Part shown: positions 36,045 through 49,572 of the stretch, piece after piece | How the letters are laid out: each line of letters opens with the position of its first letter | Numbering within the stretch: position 1 is the first letter of the stretch | Translations under genes and position numbers: made by a program | The notes under the pieces: model-generated | Told to the model about the DNA's origin: nothing | Databases searched by the model: none | The model's input: the letters and a program-made list of their open reading frames with translations, nothing else | Source of the DNA: Eledone cirrhosa | Taxonomy: Eukaryota | DNA: 64,000 nt | Assembly: GCA_964016885.1 (NCBI GenBank) | Contig: OZ024742.1 | Coordinates: 309,442,001 to 309,506,000 of the forward strand | Direction of reading: 5' to 3'

Positions 36045-36720
36045 GTTCTGTAATAATGGTTTCTACTTTTGGCACAAGGCCAGCAATTATCCCAGTACAT
36101 TACTGGTACTTTATTTTATTGACCCCGTAAGGATGAAAGGCAAAGTTAACCTTGGCGGGATTTGAACTGAGACCGTAAAGGGACGTAATTATGCTGGAAA
36201 GCATTGTGTCCGACTCTCTACCGATACTGCTAATCTGTAATAATGATTTCTAGTATAGGCACAAGGCCAGTAATATGGGAGGAAGGGAAAGTCGATTAAA
36301 TCGACACAAGTACTTACTGGTGCTTTAACCCTTTAGCATTCACATTATTTTATATATACTATTATATTTTCATGGTAAAGGCTTTATCTCACATAATATC
36401 AAATCTATGAGATTTTGAGAACAATACCGTAACATCAGTTTCAACAGAAAGAGGTAGAAAATTCTGGCCGGTTTGAACACTAAAGGGTCATTTTATCGAC
36501 TCTGTAAGGATGAAAGGCAAAGTTAACCTTGGCAGCATTTGACCTCAGACCATGACTCTATGCTGCAAAGCATGGTGTCCGATTTTACCGATACTGTCAA
36601 TCCACCGCCCTTCTTAATTCTGTAATAATGGTTTCTGATTTAGACACCAGGCCAACAATTTTGGGGGAAGAGAAAGATAATTAAATTGTCCCCAGTGCTA
36701 CTTTATTTTATTGACCGTTT
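36045..36720 (-). mobile_element. Cluster of family-B SINEs with a nested piggyBac MITE (about 36325-36488)
   Basis: Repeated SINE bodies each preceded by tctgtaataatg. Confidence 0.8.
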
Positions 36721-37491
36721 TCAGTTATTTTTTTTAATAATCAAAAATTTGGAGTGATTTAGTAATATAACTAATTTTTTCATTATTAAGTTGAGGTCTA
36801 GAACATAACTTAAGAAAAGATTCTTCCAAAAAATAATGGTTTCTGATTTAGGCTTAAAGCCACTAATGGGATGGGGACAATTTAATCAACAACCACTACA
36901 AAGGGTTTTCCCTTCATACAAAAGTAGACTACATAATATTTTTTACCTTACTCTTTATTTACTATTGTATTTTCCCGGTAAACTCTTTTAACATAATATT
37001 GAATCTACGAGATTTTGATATTATTTATTTTGAGAACAATACCTTAACATAAGTATGAGTAGCCGGTTATGACAGGATTGAACAGAAAGAGGTGAGAGAA
37101 TCTGGCCGGTTTAAATGCTAAAAGGTTGAAGTCAGTAGGGTGTAATTTGAGGGAAATTTTTGCTGCTACTTCTAGCAGGGCAATCCACCTCATACACACT
37201 GCCATGTTGGTTAGTCACAGTAATGGTGGAGAAATTGGCATTTTTTTTTTCTTTTAGAAAGGGAAAATATTGATTTTTACAATTGTCCATTGTTACTTTA
37301 ACTGCTGTAATTCCATAGGTGTCTATATAAATACATAAATTCCTCTACTGGTTTAGTCGCCGACGACCTGTTGATAGGTTGTACTGGCTTACATGTTACC
37401 AGTAGCACTGAGGAGCGACCTGACCCTATATATATGGGTATGTATGTATGTATACGTATATATATACATACATCAGCATCATAAATATATA

Positions 37492-37669
37492 CAGGGTGGC
37501 CACTGAAAAACTTGTTCGTTTTCAATCGTTTTTTTTATTTTTTATAGAGCATCCCTTGTTTTTCACATCATACTGAAAAAAATCCATTACTTATATATCC
37601 TAATGAAAAAAACGTGTTTGTAAAAGTTATTTTTGTTTTATATCATTCAGTCTTTCAGTGGCCACCCTA
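37492..37669. mobile_element. Tc1/mariner-type MITE
   Basis: TA-flanked TIR cagggtggccactgaaa / tttcagtggccaccct. Confidence 0.85.
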
Positions 37670-39116
37670 TATTATAGGTGGGTGTGTGTGTATGTATGTT
37701 TGTGTACATGCATCCATCATCAACATTCGGGTTTCCATACCGGCATGCATAGGCAGACATACATACATACAGCTAGTTTTGTTTTTAATATGTTTATATA
37801 TTTGGAAGAAAGTTTACCTACGAGAAACAGTAAAATACTATTTGACTGCATGTCTGCTAATCTGAGATATGACATGTAGCTTATCTGTATGTTGATAGCC
37901 TATTGCCAATAAAAGCTATTTCTGTAGTGGTGTTTACATTACAAACTAACTGCTCTGCTGGTATTTTGTGTAAATTATTTCATATCTGGTTTTTCAAGTT
38001 TATGTATCTACATGATAAATATACCCAATACACTCTGTACAGGGGTTGATGATAGGAAAGGTATTCAGCCATAGAAAACCTTTCTACCAGGGTTGGTAGG
38101 ATTGTTCAGCTGTATCAAAGACTCAACAACCACCCTAGTTTTTGTCAATAAAATGCACACGGTAGAGTGTAGGATCATACGTCAGGCCTCTCACCTACCA
38201 GGAGCTATGGTATTGTTCAATATTGGTTTCTGATTTATGCACAAGGCCAACAATTTTGGGAAAGGGGAAAGTCAATTAAATCGACCCCAGTGCTTTACTA
38301 GTACTTTATTTTATTGACCCTGTAAGGAAGAAATCAGCAGGATTTGAACTCTGATCAAAAAGGGCCATAACTCTAAGCATGTCTGACGCTCCACCGATAT
38401 TGCCAATCCACCAACTTCCAATATTAGCTGGTACACAGTGGTTAGGTTGTAATGGCAATGTAAGCTGTGTTGATTGTACCATAAAAATATCTCTGTCTTG
38501 GCTACTGATTAATATAGTATTGTTTGTTTGTCTCAGGCCCCCTAGAATCCAGTGTTATCCTTTATTTTACAGATATGTTTACAACTGGAGGTAACATTGT
38601 CACTCTCTAACATCCAGGGTTATGACCTTAGACAAAGATTTGATTTGTTTTACTGACTTCTTCACAGCTAGAGGTGTGATGTTAATGTAAGTGACCTAAT
38701 GGTCCAAAAGGGGATGATATAAACATACCATAGTATTATTTGTTTTGCCTGGTACCTTAGCAATAAAAAATGTAACATCTGTATGACTTAGTATTTGTTT
38801 GTTTTGCTTGTTCCCTTGGCAATCAAGAATGTAAGCCACAAATTGTAAATTCATGGATCTAAGTCCAAACCATCATCACTGCACAAAATTATAAGTAAAT
38901 TGTGGACAGTGCATCTTCCAAATAACATTCATTTTAGGGATATTTTCTTCATGCTAAGATATTTTTAATAGCCTTGTAGATATTATCCTCCTACAGTGCC
39001 AGCACTCCCCTCTTTTGTCTCCTTTAGAAACTGTTGTATGATGTTGACTCAGTTCTCACAGCTGAATATGTCAAAGAAATTCCAAATATAAAAGAAAGGC
39101 TTAGAATTAAGAAGCC

Positions 39117-39312
39117 TTAACCCTTTAGCATTTACATTGCTCTATGTTTACTATTGTATTTTCACGGTAAACAGTTTATTTCACATAATATTGAATCTAC
39201 AAGATTTTGATATTATTTATTTTGAGAACAATACCTTAACATAAGTATGAGCAGCCAATTTGAACAGAAAGAGGTGAGAGAATTCTGGCCAGTTTAAATG
39301 CTAAAGGGTTAA
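39117..39312. mobile_element. piggyBac-type MITE
   Basis: ttaaccctttagcattt...aaatgctaaagggttaa. Confidence 0.9.
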
Positions 39313-39929
39313 TGAATGTATTTAGAACTCTAATCGTTGTTTAGAGACAAGATATGGTACTTGTTCTAGCATAAGACTGATTGTAATAGTTAATCTTAAC
39401 CCTAATTTTTTGACTGCTGGATGAAGATTGTTAATAAAACCTTCAGCTCTTACTTAAGGTAATTCACTGAATCATATAAATTGTTCCAATCCATCATTGT
39501 ATACTGATACATTCCACAAGGGTTGATCAATTCTGCAGATGCTAAATAGTAGTCACAATTATTGTAAAGTATTCAGTTACCTTGATTTTCCCCTATTATT
39601 TTGAATAAAACCTGGGCTGATAAGAACTGTATCAAGTCATTTTGTATGTCAGGCCTGAGAAGTTGTATTTTAATCACTTGGATATAAATGTCACTCTAGT
39701 AATATATCTTTTCTGGCAAACACCTTAATATGTTCCCCTAAATCACCTTCATTTGTACATGGAGAACCTAAACCTTCCCACTCACAATGACTGTGGGTGT
39801 GTCCCATGTCAGCAGCAGAGCTTTTAATGCTGTGGTTTGTTTTGGTTCCCCAGATGCCAGCAGCCACCACAACTTCTCATGAGATTGAGAAAACAGTTTA
39901 AAACACAGGGAGGTTGGTCAAAAAGTGTT

Positions 39930-40325
39930 TATACTTTAGGCACAAGGCCAGCAATCTTGGGGGAGGTAAAAGTCGATTAAATCGATCCCAGTGCATCACT
40001 GGTGCTTTATTTTATCGACCCATAAGGATGAAAGGCAAAGCTAACCTTAGTGGGATTTGAACTGAGAATGTAAAGGACCATAACTATGTTGCAAATCATG
40101 TCCAACACTCTGCCAATCCACCGCCCTTGGTCAAATAATTGTTTCTACTTTAGGCACAAGGCCAGCAATTAACCAGTGCATTACTGGTACTTTATTTTAT
40201 CGACCCTGTAAGGATGAAAGGCAAAGTCAACCTCGGCGGGATTTGAACTCAGATCGTAAAGGGACGTAACTATGCTGGAAAGCATGGCGTCCGACCCTCT
40301 ACTGATACTGCCAATCCACCACCCT
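39930..40325 (-). mobile_element. Two tandem family-B SINEs
   Basis: Two full bodies separated by ggtcaaataat. Confidence 0.85.
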
Positions 40326-40441
40326 GTGATCAAATAATGACTCCAGAAAGTTCTTTCAAGGCCACGTGACTAAATGAAAAATGAAATTTGACTTTTATTG
40401 CACAAGTGAACCTGTCACTTTCAACAACATCTTCCAGTTGT

Positions 40442-40993
40442 TTAACCCTTTAGCATTTACATTACTCTATATTTACTATTGTATTTTCATGGTAAAGGCT
40501 TTATAATAATAATAATAAAGAAATATTGTGTACAGTGCTCAGGTGTACTACAACTCATCAAAAAGTGTGTGTATAGTACATAGCATAATGTACAAACGTC
40601 AGGAAAATGAACAGTGCATGAGTCATGATATACACGTGTGCATGTGTATGGAAGGGGTACATCAGGTGTAGTTTTGGCGTATTTCGGGAAGCATGAGTGT
40701 TTTAAAGGATGCAGTGTCTCGGCAGCTAACAACTGATGCAGGCAGTTTTTCCATGCTTCAGCAACTCAGAGTGTGAAAAAATGTTTACGAAAGTCATGGG
40801 AGCTGTGCTGTTTTCTGATTTTGTAGGCATGTCCACGTGTGTTAGACACATGGAGATCATAATATTGAATTTATGGGATTTTGTTATTTATTTTGAGAAC
40901 AATACCTTAACATTAGTATGAGTGGCCGGTTTAAGCAGAAAGAGGTGAGAGAATTCTGGCTGGATACATCCAGTTTGAATGCTAAAGGGTTAA
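40442..40993. mobile_element. piggyBac-type MITE interrupted by a CR1 LINE 3' end (about 40503-40860, - strand)
   Basis: MITE TIRs at both ends; the insert encodes degenerate RKHFFTL.VAEAW..LPASVV...SFK and has a (TTA)n tail. Confidence 0.85.
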
Positions 40994-41844
40994 TCAACAA
41001 TACAGCTAGTTCCTGAAATTAATGTGTAAATGGCTGAGCATTCCACTGAGACATGTATACTCTTAATGTAATTCTCAGGGAGATTCAGCTTGACACTGCC
41101 ATAAGGCTGGTCTTTTGAATAACAGGTTCCAAACAGTTTCTGTTTGCTAAATTTCAAGTCGGGTCAACTCAAGAGGTAAATATCACCTGCCCAAGATGCC
41201 ACACAGTGGGATCAAACCCAGTATCTAATGATTGCAAAATGAACTTCTTAACCATTCATCCATGCTCCATCCACACAGGTGAACTAAAGAGTTAAAAAGG
41301 CTTCATTTTTGAAACATTTGCTCAAAGGAGGTGGTTTACGTTGTTCCCCAACAAACTACACCAATGGCTCTAAAACAATCTGGGAAATGGCCTTGCTTGC
41401 TAGGCAGATAAAGATTAGGTAGGATTTCAAATCAGTGAGGTAACTAATGCAAACTATAGGTACAGTGGGATCACTGGAAGACTGATAGAGAAAGACAGGA
41501 ATAAAGGTGTAGGTAGTAATATGAGCAGCCATAAAATAAACTTCCCTGAAGTAGCCACAGAAGTATTTGATATCTTCTGTTATCTAGGTGGTAATTGGGT
41601 TTTAGTTAATGTATGATAGACAGACTGACAGGTGGTGTGTTAGTTTTACTGTCTATATAATAATAATCATCATCATCACCATTTAACAGCTATTTTCTAT
41701 CCTTGCATAGGTGAGATAGGTTGTCATATTCTGAGGCTAGACTAGTCAGGTGACCAAGTCTTGCTCATACATTCTATTTTTGCTTTGGTTTCTATGGCTG
41801 GATGCCCTGCATAACATAAATCATTGGTGTTAGGAAGGGCATTA

Positions 41845-42278
41845 TGGAGAGTGAATGTAGCTTTCACATGGAAAAGGTGGAGATGAATGTGGCTCTCACA
41901 TGGAGGAGGTGGTGTGTTAATTTTACTGTCTGTATAATGTGAAGAGTAAATGTAGCTCGCACATGGAGGATGTGATGATAGTTTTATTACCTACATAGTG
42001 GAGAAAGTGAATGTAGCTCTCACATGGAGGATGTAGTGTTTTAGTTTTATTGTCTGTATATTGTGAAGAGTGAATGTAGCTCTCACATGGAGGAGGTGGT
42101 GTGTTAGTTTTATTGTCTACATAGTGGAGAAAGTGAATGTAGCTCTCACATGGAACAGTTGATGTGTTAATTTGATGGTATATATTATGTTGAAAGTTAA
42201 TGTAGCTCTCACATGGAGGAGGTGGTGTGTTAGTTTTACTGTTGATATAGTGTGGAGAGTGAATGTAGCTCTCACATG
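41845..42278. repeat. 63-bp minisatellite, about 7 diverged copies
   Basis: gtgaatgtagctctcacatgg-type core at 41883, 41946, 42007, 42070, 42133, 42196, 42259. Confidence 0.92.
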
Positions 42279-43324
42279 CAACAAACAATAAATGAGTAGT
42301 AAATATGGAAGAAAATCCTACCCACTCACAAACCCCTCCCCCCTGAACAACAAAATAAAGGAATGATCAGTATAGAAGAGTAGGTGTTGGAGTGTGTGTT
42401 TAAACCAGCCGTAACTGGCCATTTATACTGATCTTAAAGTATTGTTCTCAAAATAAATATCATCATAGATTCGATACTATAGGAGATAATTATGTAAGAT
42501 AAAGCCTTTACCACAAAAATACAATAGTATATATAGAGTAATGTAAATGATAAATGGTTAATGGAGCTTGAATGAGTAAGTGATATGGCTGGGTGTGAAG
42601 ATGCATGGCTTAGTGGTTAGGATGTTTAGTTCATGATAATAAGGTTGTAAGTTCGATTCCTGGCCATGCGTTGTATCCTTGAGCAAGGTTCTTTAGTTTG
42701 CATTGCTCCAGTTCACGCAGCTGGCAAAAATTAGTTGTACTTCTAATTCAAAAAGCCATCCTTGTCATACATTGTCACATTGCATCTCCCTGAGAAGGAT
42801 ACTTGTGTCTGTGGAATGCTCAGTCACATGCAGACTGTTCTGTAGATCAAATCAACTGGAACCAATGGAGGTCCATTTCAGGTGTGTGTGTGATTTTAAG
42901 GCTTGGAAGAGTGAGTGATGTAGTAGGCTATAGAGTTTGTATGTGTTCATGTGTGTTTTGTGAGTGTATATGTATGTGTATAAGTGTGTATATATATGTG
43001 TGTATATGTATATGTATGTGCATATGTGAATATATGTAAGTGTATATGTGTGTGTGTCTAAATATATATGTATGGATATGCGTATATATAGATGTAGCTC
43101 TCACATGGAGGTTGTGGTGAGTTAGTTTCCCTGTCTATATAGCATGGAGAGGGAATGTGTGTGTTTGTGAATGTGAATGCATGTGTATGTATTTATGAAT
43201 GTGTGTGTATCTGTGTGTGTGTACAGAGATGCAGAAAAACAGGTGAAACAAAGTGTGTGGTTGGAGGAGGAGGAGGGCTGGCGGAGGCTGTTCCATTCAA
43301 AGGATCAGTGTCATCATTAGGGTG

Positions 43325-44335
43325 GAAGTAAATATAGGGGTGGGGTAGCAATAAATATAGGTAGTGTGGGGGTAGCAGTAAATATAGGGTAGTTGTGGTG
43401 GTAGTGTGGGGGTAAAGTAAATATAGGCAGTGGTGGTGGTATGGGGGTAGCAGTAAATATAGGGGGTGTGGGGATAGCAGTAAATATAGGGTAGTTGTGG
43501 TGGTAGTGTGGGGGTAAAGTAAATATAGGCAGTGGTGGTGGTATGGGGGTAGCAGTAAATATAGGGGGTGTGGGGGTAGCAGTAAATATAGGGTAGTTGT
43601 GGTGGTAGTGTGGGGGTAAAGTAAATATAGGTGGTGTGGGGATAGCAGTAAATATAGGGTAGTTGTGGTGGTAGTGTGGGGGTAAAGTAAATATAGGCAG
43701 TGGTGGTGGTATGGGGGTAGCAGTAAATATAGGTGGTGTGGGGATAGCAGTAAATATAGGGTAGTTGTGGTGGTAGTGTGGGGGTAAAGTAAATATAGGC
43801 AGTGGTGGTGGTATGGGGGTAGCAGTAAATATAGGGGGTGTGGGGATAGCAGTAAATATAGGGTAGTTGTGGTGGTAGTGTGGGGGTAAAGTAAATATAG
43901 GCAGTGGTGGTGGTATGGGGGTAGCAGTAAATATAGGGGGTGTGGGGATAGCAGTAAATATAGGGTAGTTGTGGTGGTAGTGTGGGGGTAAAGTAAATAT
44001 AGGCAGTGGTGGTGGTATGGGGGTAGCAGTAAATATAGGGGGTGTGGGGATAGCAGTAAATATAGGGTAGTTGTGGTGGTAGTGTGGGGGTAAAGTAAAT
44101 ATAGGTGGTGTGGGGATAGCAGTAAATATAGGGTAGTTGTGGTGGTAGTGTGGGGGTAAAGTAAATATAGGCAGTGGTGGTGGTATGGGGGTAGCAGTAA
44201 ATATAGGTGGTGTGGGGGTAGCAGTAAATATAGGTGGTGTGGGGGTAGCAGTAAATATAGGTTGGTGATGGTGTATGTATATGGGGGTAGCAGTAAGTAT
44301 AGGGGTGGAGGTGGGGGGAACAATAAATATAGGGT
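43325..44335. repeat. G-rich higher-order minisatellite (27+36+39 = 102-bp period)
   Basis: About 27 copies of core gtaaatatagg separated by three spacer types. Confidence 0.95.
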
Positions 44336-45049
44336 GGTTGGAGGTGTGTCTGGGGATTGGTGGTGGGGGGAGGGGTATTAGTGGTTTGTGTGTGTGGTGG
44401 TGGGATTGCAGCGAGTCTACGAGTGGTTCAGGTAGGGAGAAGGGGTTAACAAGAAGCCTATCCACCCCACTATCACCATCACCACCACCACATCACCACC
44501 ACCACCACTACCACCCCACTGCCGAATCTGTTGTAGTTTCATAATACACAAACAAACTATAGACATCAGTAGAGGGAAAGAGTTGGGAGTTTTCAATGAT
44601 ATGAGAAAGAAACATCTGTGTCTAGTTGGATGACTGTGGGTGGGGGTGGTGGAGGGAGGGTATTGGAAGGAAAAATGTCTGGAACTCTTAAGATTATTTC
44701 AGTTTTTCTTTGTTTACATGAAGTGTCTGTACACACACGCATATATATATATATATATGTGTATATATATATCATCATTTTATGTCTGCTTTCAATACCC
44801 GCATATATATATATGTGTGTGTGTGTGTGTGCATATATATATATGTGTGTGTGTGTGCATGGAAGAGAAGTAAGCATGTATCTTTCTTTTCATATTTTGG
44901 GGAAAGGAGTTGTAAGTTTTAATGATTTAGTTGTTGTTGCTGTTATTGTTTACACAGCAAATGCACATACATATATGCCACTGCAAAATCCTTCTAAACC
45001 TCAATTTATATTTTTTAGGATAAATAATATTAATGATAAATAATAATAA

Positions 45050-45330
45050 TGATTCCCGAGCTGTATCTATTATTAGGTACAGTACGAGGATTCTTAAATG
45101 GAATGTAAACGAGCAAAAAGAACTGGATAGAAAGACAAGAAAATTAATGACTACCTTCAGTATGTTTCCTAAGAAGGGTAATGTTGATAAACTATATATA
45201 CTTAAGGAGATCTGAAGGTGGAAGAGGTCTAATTAACGTGGAGGATTGTGTTTACTTGGACAAGAGCACTCTATGTAAATTTATGTGAGAGTAATGAGCC
45301 AATGCTTAAAAGGCTGTAGTGGCAAAACTG
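45050..45330 (+). mobile_element. R4/Dong-like (RLE-type) LINE fragment
   Basis: LDRKTRKLMT...VDKLY...GGRGL motif, degenerate. Confidence 0.7.
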
Positions 45331-46539
45331 TAATACAATTATGATACCACAAAATGTTGGTACTCAAAATATACAAATAAGAGCAGAAATGAAAAGCTGC
45401 TATCCAAATAAGATCTGAACACTCCACATCTCTGACCAACAGTATAATTAAGATTCATTTTGGGTGATTAACATAGAAGGTACAGCAAGACCCTAGCCAT
45501 ATATAGCTGTAATGTTCTAATATATAGAATTCTATTGATATGCAGTCTAATCCATTCATCACTGCTTCTCAACCTGGGCAACGTCAGGTATTCTGCTAAA
45601 TAAAAAAAAATTACAATCTGTATCCCAATTTTTAGAATAGGTACACCATATCCTTGTGTGGCCAGGATGTTTGGCTCATGATGGTAAGTTCATGACTTCA
45701 ATTCAAGGACCAGCTGGTGCATTGTGTTCTTGAGCAAGAATATTTTATTTCACGTTATTCGAGGCTATAATTCAAAGTATCAACCTTGTCATGCTGATTC
45801 TCCCTGAGCATTATACTATGTTAAAGGTGAATGTGCCCAACCATTTACACATAAAGGATATTTCATGAGCAAACAAATGAAAAACTTGTCAAAACCATCA
45901 GAGTTCCAACAACATATATCTGTGTGTGTGTGTGTTTTGTTTACTTTGATTTATACTGTATTTTCTTGATTCATTGTATTAGTACTTTTATTTATTTGTG
46001 TCAATGAAGGTTGTGAAGAAAAAAGAGAGAAAGGTGTGAAGGGGAAGAAAGAAATAGAGAGAGGGGGTGAAGAAAAAGAGAAAAGAGACAAGGAAATAAA
46101 TAGGCTGAAGAGGGAGAAAGTAGACAAGGTAAGAAATAGGGTGAAGAGGGAGAAAGGAGATAAAGAAAGTGAAAGGTGTGAAGATGGAGAAAGAGGGAGG
46201 GGCAAATTGACACAGTGGGTTTGACAAAATCTGTAAAATTTGAATAAAACTCATATATCCTGTTATCCGTTTAGCATTTACATTACTCTATATGTACTAT
46301 TGTATTTTCATGGTAAAGGCTTTACTTCACATAATTATCTCATATAATATCGACCCTATGAGATTTTGATATTATTTATTTTGAGAACAATACCTTAACA
46401 TCAGTATGAGGGGCCAGTTTGAACTGAAAGAGGTGAGAGAATTCTGGCCAGTTTAAATGCTGAATATATACCATATCTACTATAAACATCAACCTTTAAA
46501 TGTAGACATAGGATATCAACTATAAACATTCAGTGAACA

Positions 46540-47165
46540 GAATATGTAAATGGAGTTCCACTGAAGCAGGCAGAGAAGTTCAAGTATCTCAGGGCCGTGT
46601 TTATGAGTGATGGAAGGCAGGAGGCTGAATTAAGTGCAAGAATTGCAGGAGCTGGTGCAGTAATGCACCAGCTTCAGTATTTAGTAATCAGAAGAAGGGA
46701 GATAGGTGTAAAAGCCAAACTTGCTATCTTCAATTCGGTATTTGTGCCAACCCTTACCTATGGTCATGAATCTTGGGTAATGACTGAAAGAATGCAATTG
46801 TGAATACAAGCGGCCAAAATGGGGTTCCTGTGAAGGGTCTTTGCAGTAATGTTACTCAATAGAGTGCGTAGCTTGGAGATCAGAAAGTCACTCTAGGTAG
46901 AGTCGCTACTTCTCCAAATTAAGAGATCACAGCTCCGTCACTATGGGCATGTGGAAAGACTGTCTCAGGAAAGAATCGCTGGACAGATTTTATGAGCAAA
47001 ACGAACTGGCAGGAAACCCAGAGCAAGATGATTGGATAACATCCATGAGCTTGGCTGTTCTTGCTTGGGGATCCAACCAGATCAGGATGCTTCTGACACG
47101 ACCCACTGGAAGGAGTGTTTGAGGACGCTACCCCAACCTTCTCAGGAATAAGTAGGCAAAGAAGA
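46540..47165 (+). mobile_element. 3' end of RTE LINE family B
   Basis: FKYL, PTLTYGHESW motifs; reverse complement of about 945-1490. Confidence 0.88.
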
Positions 47166-49134
47166 ATATATTGTATATCTACTGAAAACATCCCTTGAAA
47201 TACATTTTTCCAGCAAAGTATTGTAGTGTTTCTCTGAATCAGCTGACATATGATCAGATGCGTTCCAGACATGACCATACCATTGGTTTCCTTGCAACGG
47301 AAGGGTGTTGTTCTGAAACTATATTACTCAATGACTCAAAAAAAATTAAACAGTTAGGGTATGATTTCAGGGAAATTCGTGTTCTATTTCTAGCAAGTAG
47401 AGCAACAACATACAAGACCCTTCGTTAGTTCACCTCCCCTCACATTATCTGAAATCTTTCCATCATAATTTTATGTAACACCCTTTGTTAAGTTATGCAC
47501 CAAACACCAGCATAATGAAAAAGTTAGTAATAATTCATTAAAATAAAATTTGAACAGCGTACGTGAAATGGGCGAAGGAATATTTTATATTACTAAGCAG
47601 TTAAAATTTAAAAAAAATTATTTGAAAACCTTAAGCAGTCTTTCTTTAGAAATATGGTAACAATAGGGTTAAGCATGTATGGTCTTGTGCCTATGTTAAA
47701 AGCCATTATTATTTATTATTATTAACAGGGTAAAGGCATCTGTTTTGAAAGTCTCGTTTGGGTCAAATATCTTGCATAACTTATGGGAGCAGGTGTTTCT
47801 TTTCAACAAGGCAGATGTCTCTGTAGTTGATCAGTCAACCATCAAGTTAGATAATAAGATCTCTTTATCTAATTGTTTGTTGATTGTAGGCGATGACTAA
47901 CAGAAACATTAGCCTATCAGTGAGATACACCTTTCTTAGGTAAAAAAGTGATGTTAAATAACAATGATCAACAAAATTCGTGGTCCACCAAATTTTATTT
48001 CACTTAAATAGGAGGCGCGTGGCCTAGTGGTAAAGGTGTTAGATCATACGATCATAATGTTGTGGGTTCGATTCCTAGGCTGGGTTGTGTGTTGTGTTCT
48101 TGAGCAAAACACTTCATTTTACGTTGTTCCAGTATACTCTGAAAATGAGTACCAGCACTAGCTGGGGTTTTAACCCTGTGGGGGAGTCTTGTATTCTGTC
48201 GCTTCACGCCATGAAACCGGGATAAGCACTAGCCTAACGAGCCTTCTGGCTCAAGATAGACTTTAATTATGCTTACAAATAAACACAATTTATACAATAA
48301 TTCTTTGAAATATTGGCATACTGCAAGTGATTTGGTGAAAGGGGTAAGTCGATTATATCGACCTCAGAAGGATGAGAGGCAAAGTTAACCTTAATGATAT
48401 TTGAACTCAGAACATAAAGAGTCATAACTAAGCATTTTGTTTGATGCTGTAACAATTCTGCCAATCTATCACCTCACAATTTATATAATAGTATAATGCT
48501 TTGCAGTATTCATTCTGGCTCTTCTGAGTTCAAATCCTGCCAAGGTTAACTTTACTTGCCATCTTTTCAGTCCAGTACTGGGTCCTGATTTTTTTTCTAT
48601 CCCTCTCTCCTGTGGAAGAAATCCACTGTATTCAGACCTGGCGAGGAGTTATGGATCCTTCCATATAAATAACATGGGCAGTTGTAAATTACTCTCTTTT
48701 TATATACACTCACTGTGGACACATTAAATCACATACATTGATTGCATAAATGATAATAAAAATAATAATAATAATGTTTTCTTTATTTCCAGATGGCCAA
48801 CATTAACACAAAACACTACAATACCATACAAAAAACATAAATCTTGGAGTGTACATATATATGTCCTGAAGCATATGAATGATAAATCTTATCCTCCTGG
48901 ACAAGGTGACAGTCTATTGAAGGTAACTTCTCCAGGTGTGACATCTATTTCTAACCATTAAGAGTAACGTGGCAATGGTAAATAAAGGGTTCTGTTGAAA
49001 CAATACACCACCAGAAAGATTTGAACTCACAAAAATATTAACATTATACATTGTGCTAAAGCCTGGAGTGCTCACATTAGCACCACTTCCAGTAACCAAC
49101 AAAATTACACTATATATATAGAGAGAGAGATATA

Positions 49135-49333
49135 CAGGGAGTATCAAAAAGAATCATCCAATTTCGAAAGGCTATATTTTTTTTAAATGACCATATAATC
49201 ATGCAGTAACATATACAATACATGTCTGAATATAAAGGTTTATTCTTTTTTTATAACTTTTATAAAGTTATTTACAATCTTTACATGCCTTTCAGTCTGA
49301 TTTCTTTCAGATGATTCTTTTTGATACATCCTG
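49135..49333. mobile_element. Mariner-type MITE
   Basis: TIR cagg..gtatcaaaaagaatcatc / gatgattctttttgatac..cctg. Confidence 0.8.
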
Positions 49334-49465
49334 TCAACACTATATATATTACCATAACAGAAGCCTGATGAGCTTTTGATTCCAGAGTTGGGGCAGATCA
49401 ATACAGATGGAACCTTGAGCTGATCACTTACTAACTATATATATATATACACACCACATACATAC

Positions 49466-49499
<34 letters not shown>

Positions 49500-49572
49500 C
49501 AAGTAATCATGTTTTGAAACAGTGAGCAGGTTTGAAATTAGAAAATAGAATAGCTTTCACTGTATTTTTTTT

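Noticed and set aside
41845-42278. CRISPR-like repeat-spacer appearance
   Set aside because: Spacers are homologous to each other, the context is eukaryotic and there are no cas genes; it is a minisatellite
43193-44323. 376-aa LYLLL/HTTTTTT ORF
   Set aside because: Alternative frame of the same minisatellite with a non-ATG start; openness is explained by the repeat
45951-46254. Overlapping Phe/Leu/Ser-rich and Lys/Glu-rich ORFs
   Set aside because: GA-rich low-complexity tract, as at 5740-6080
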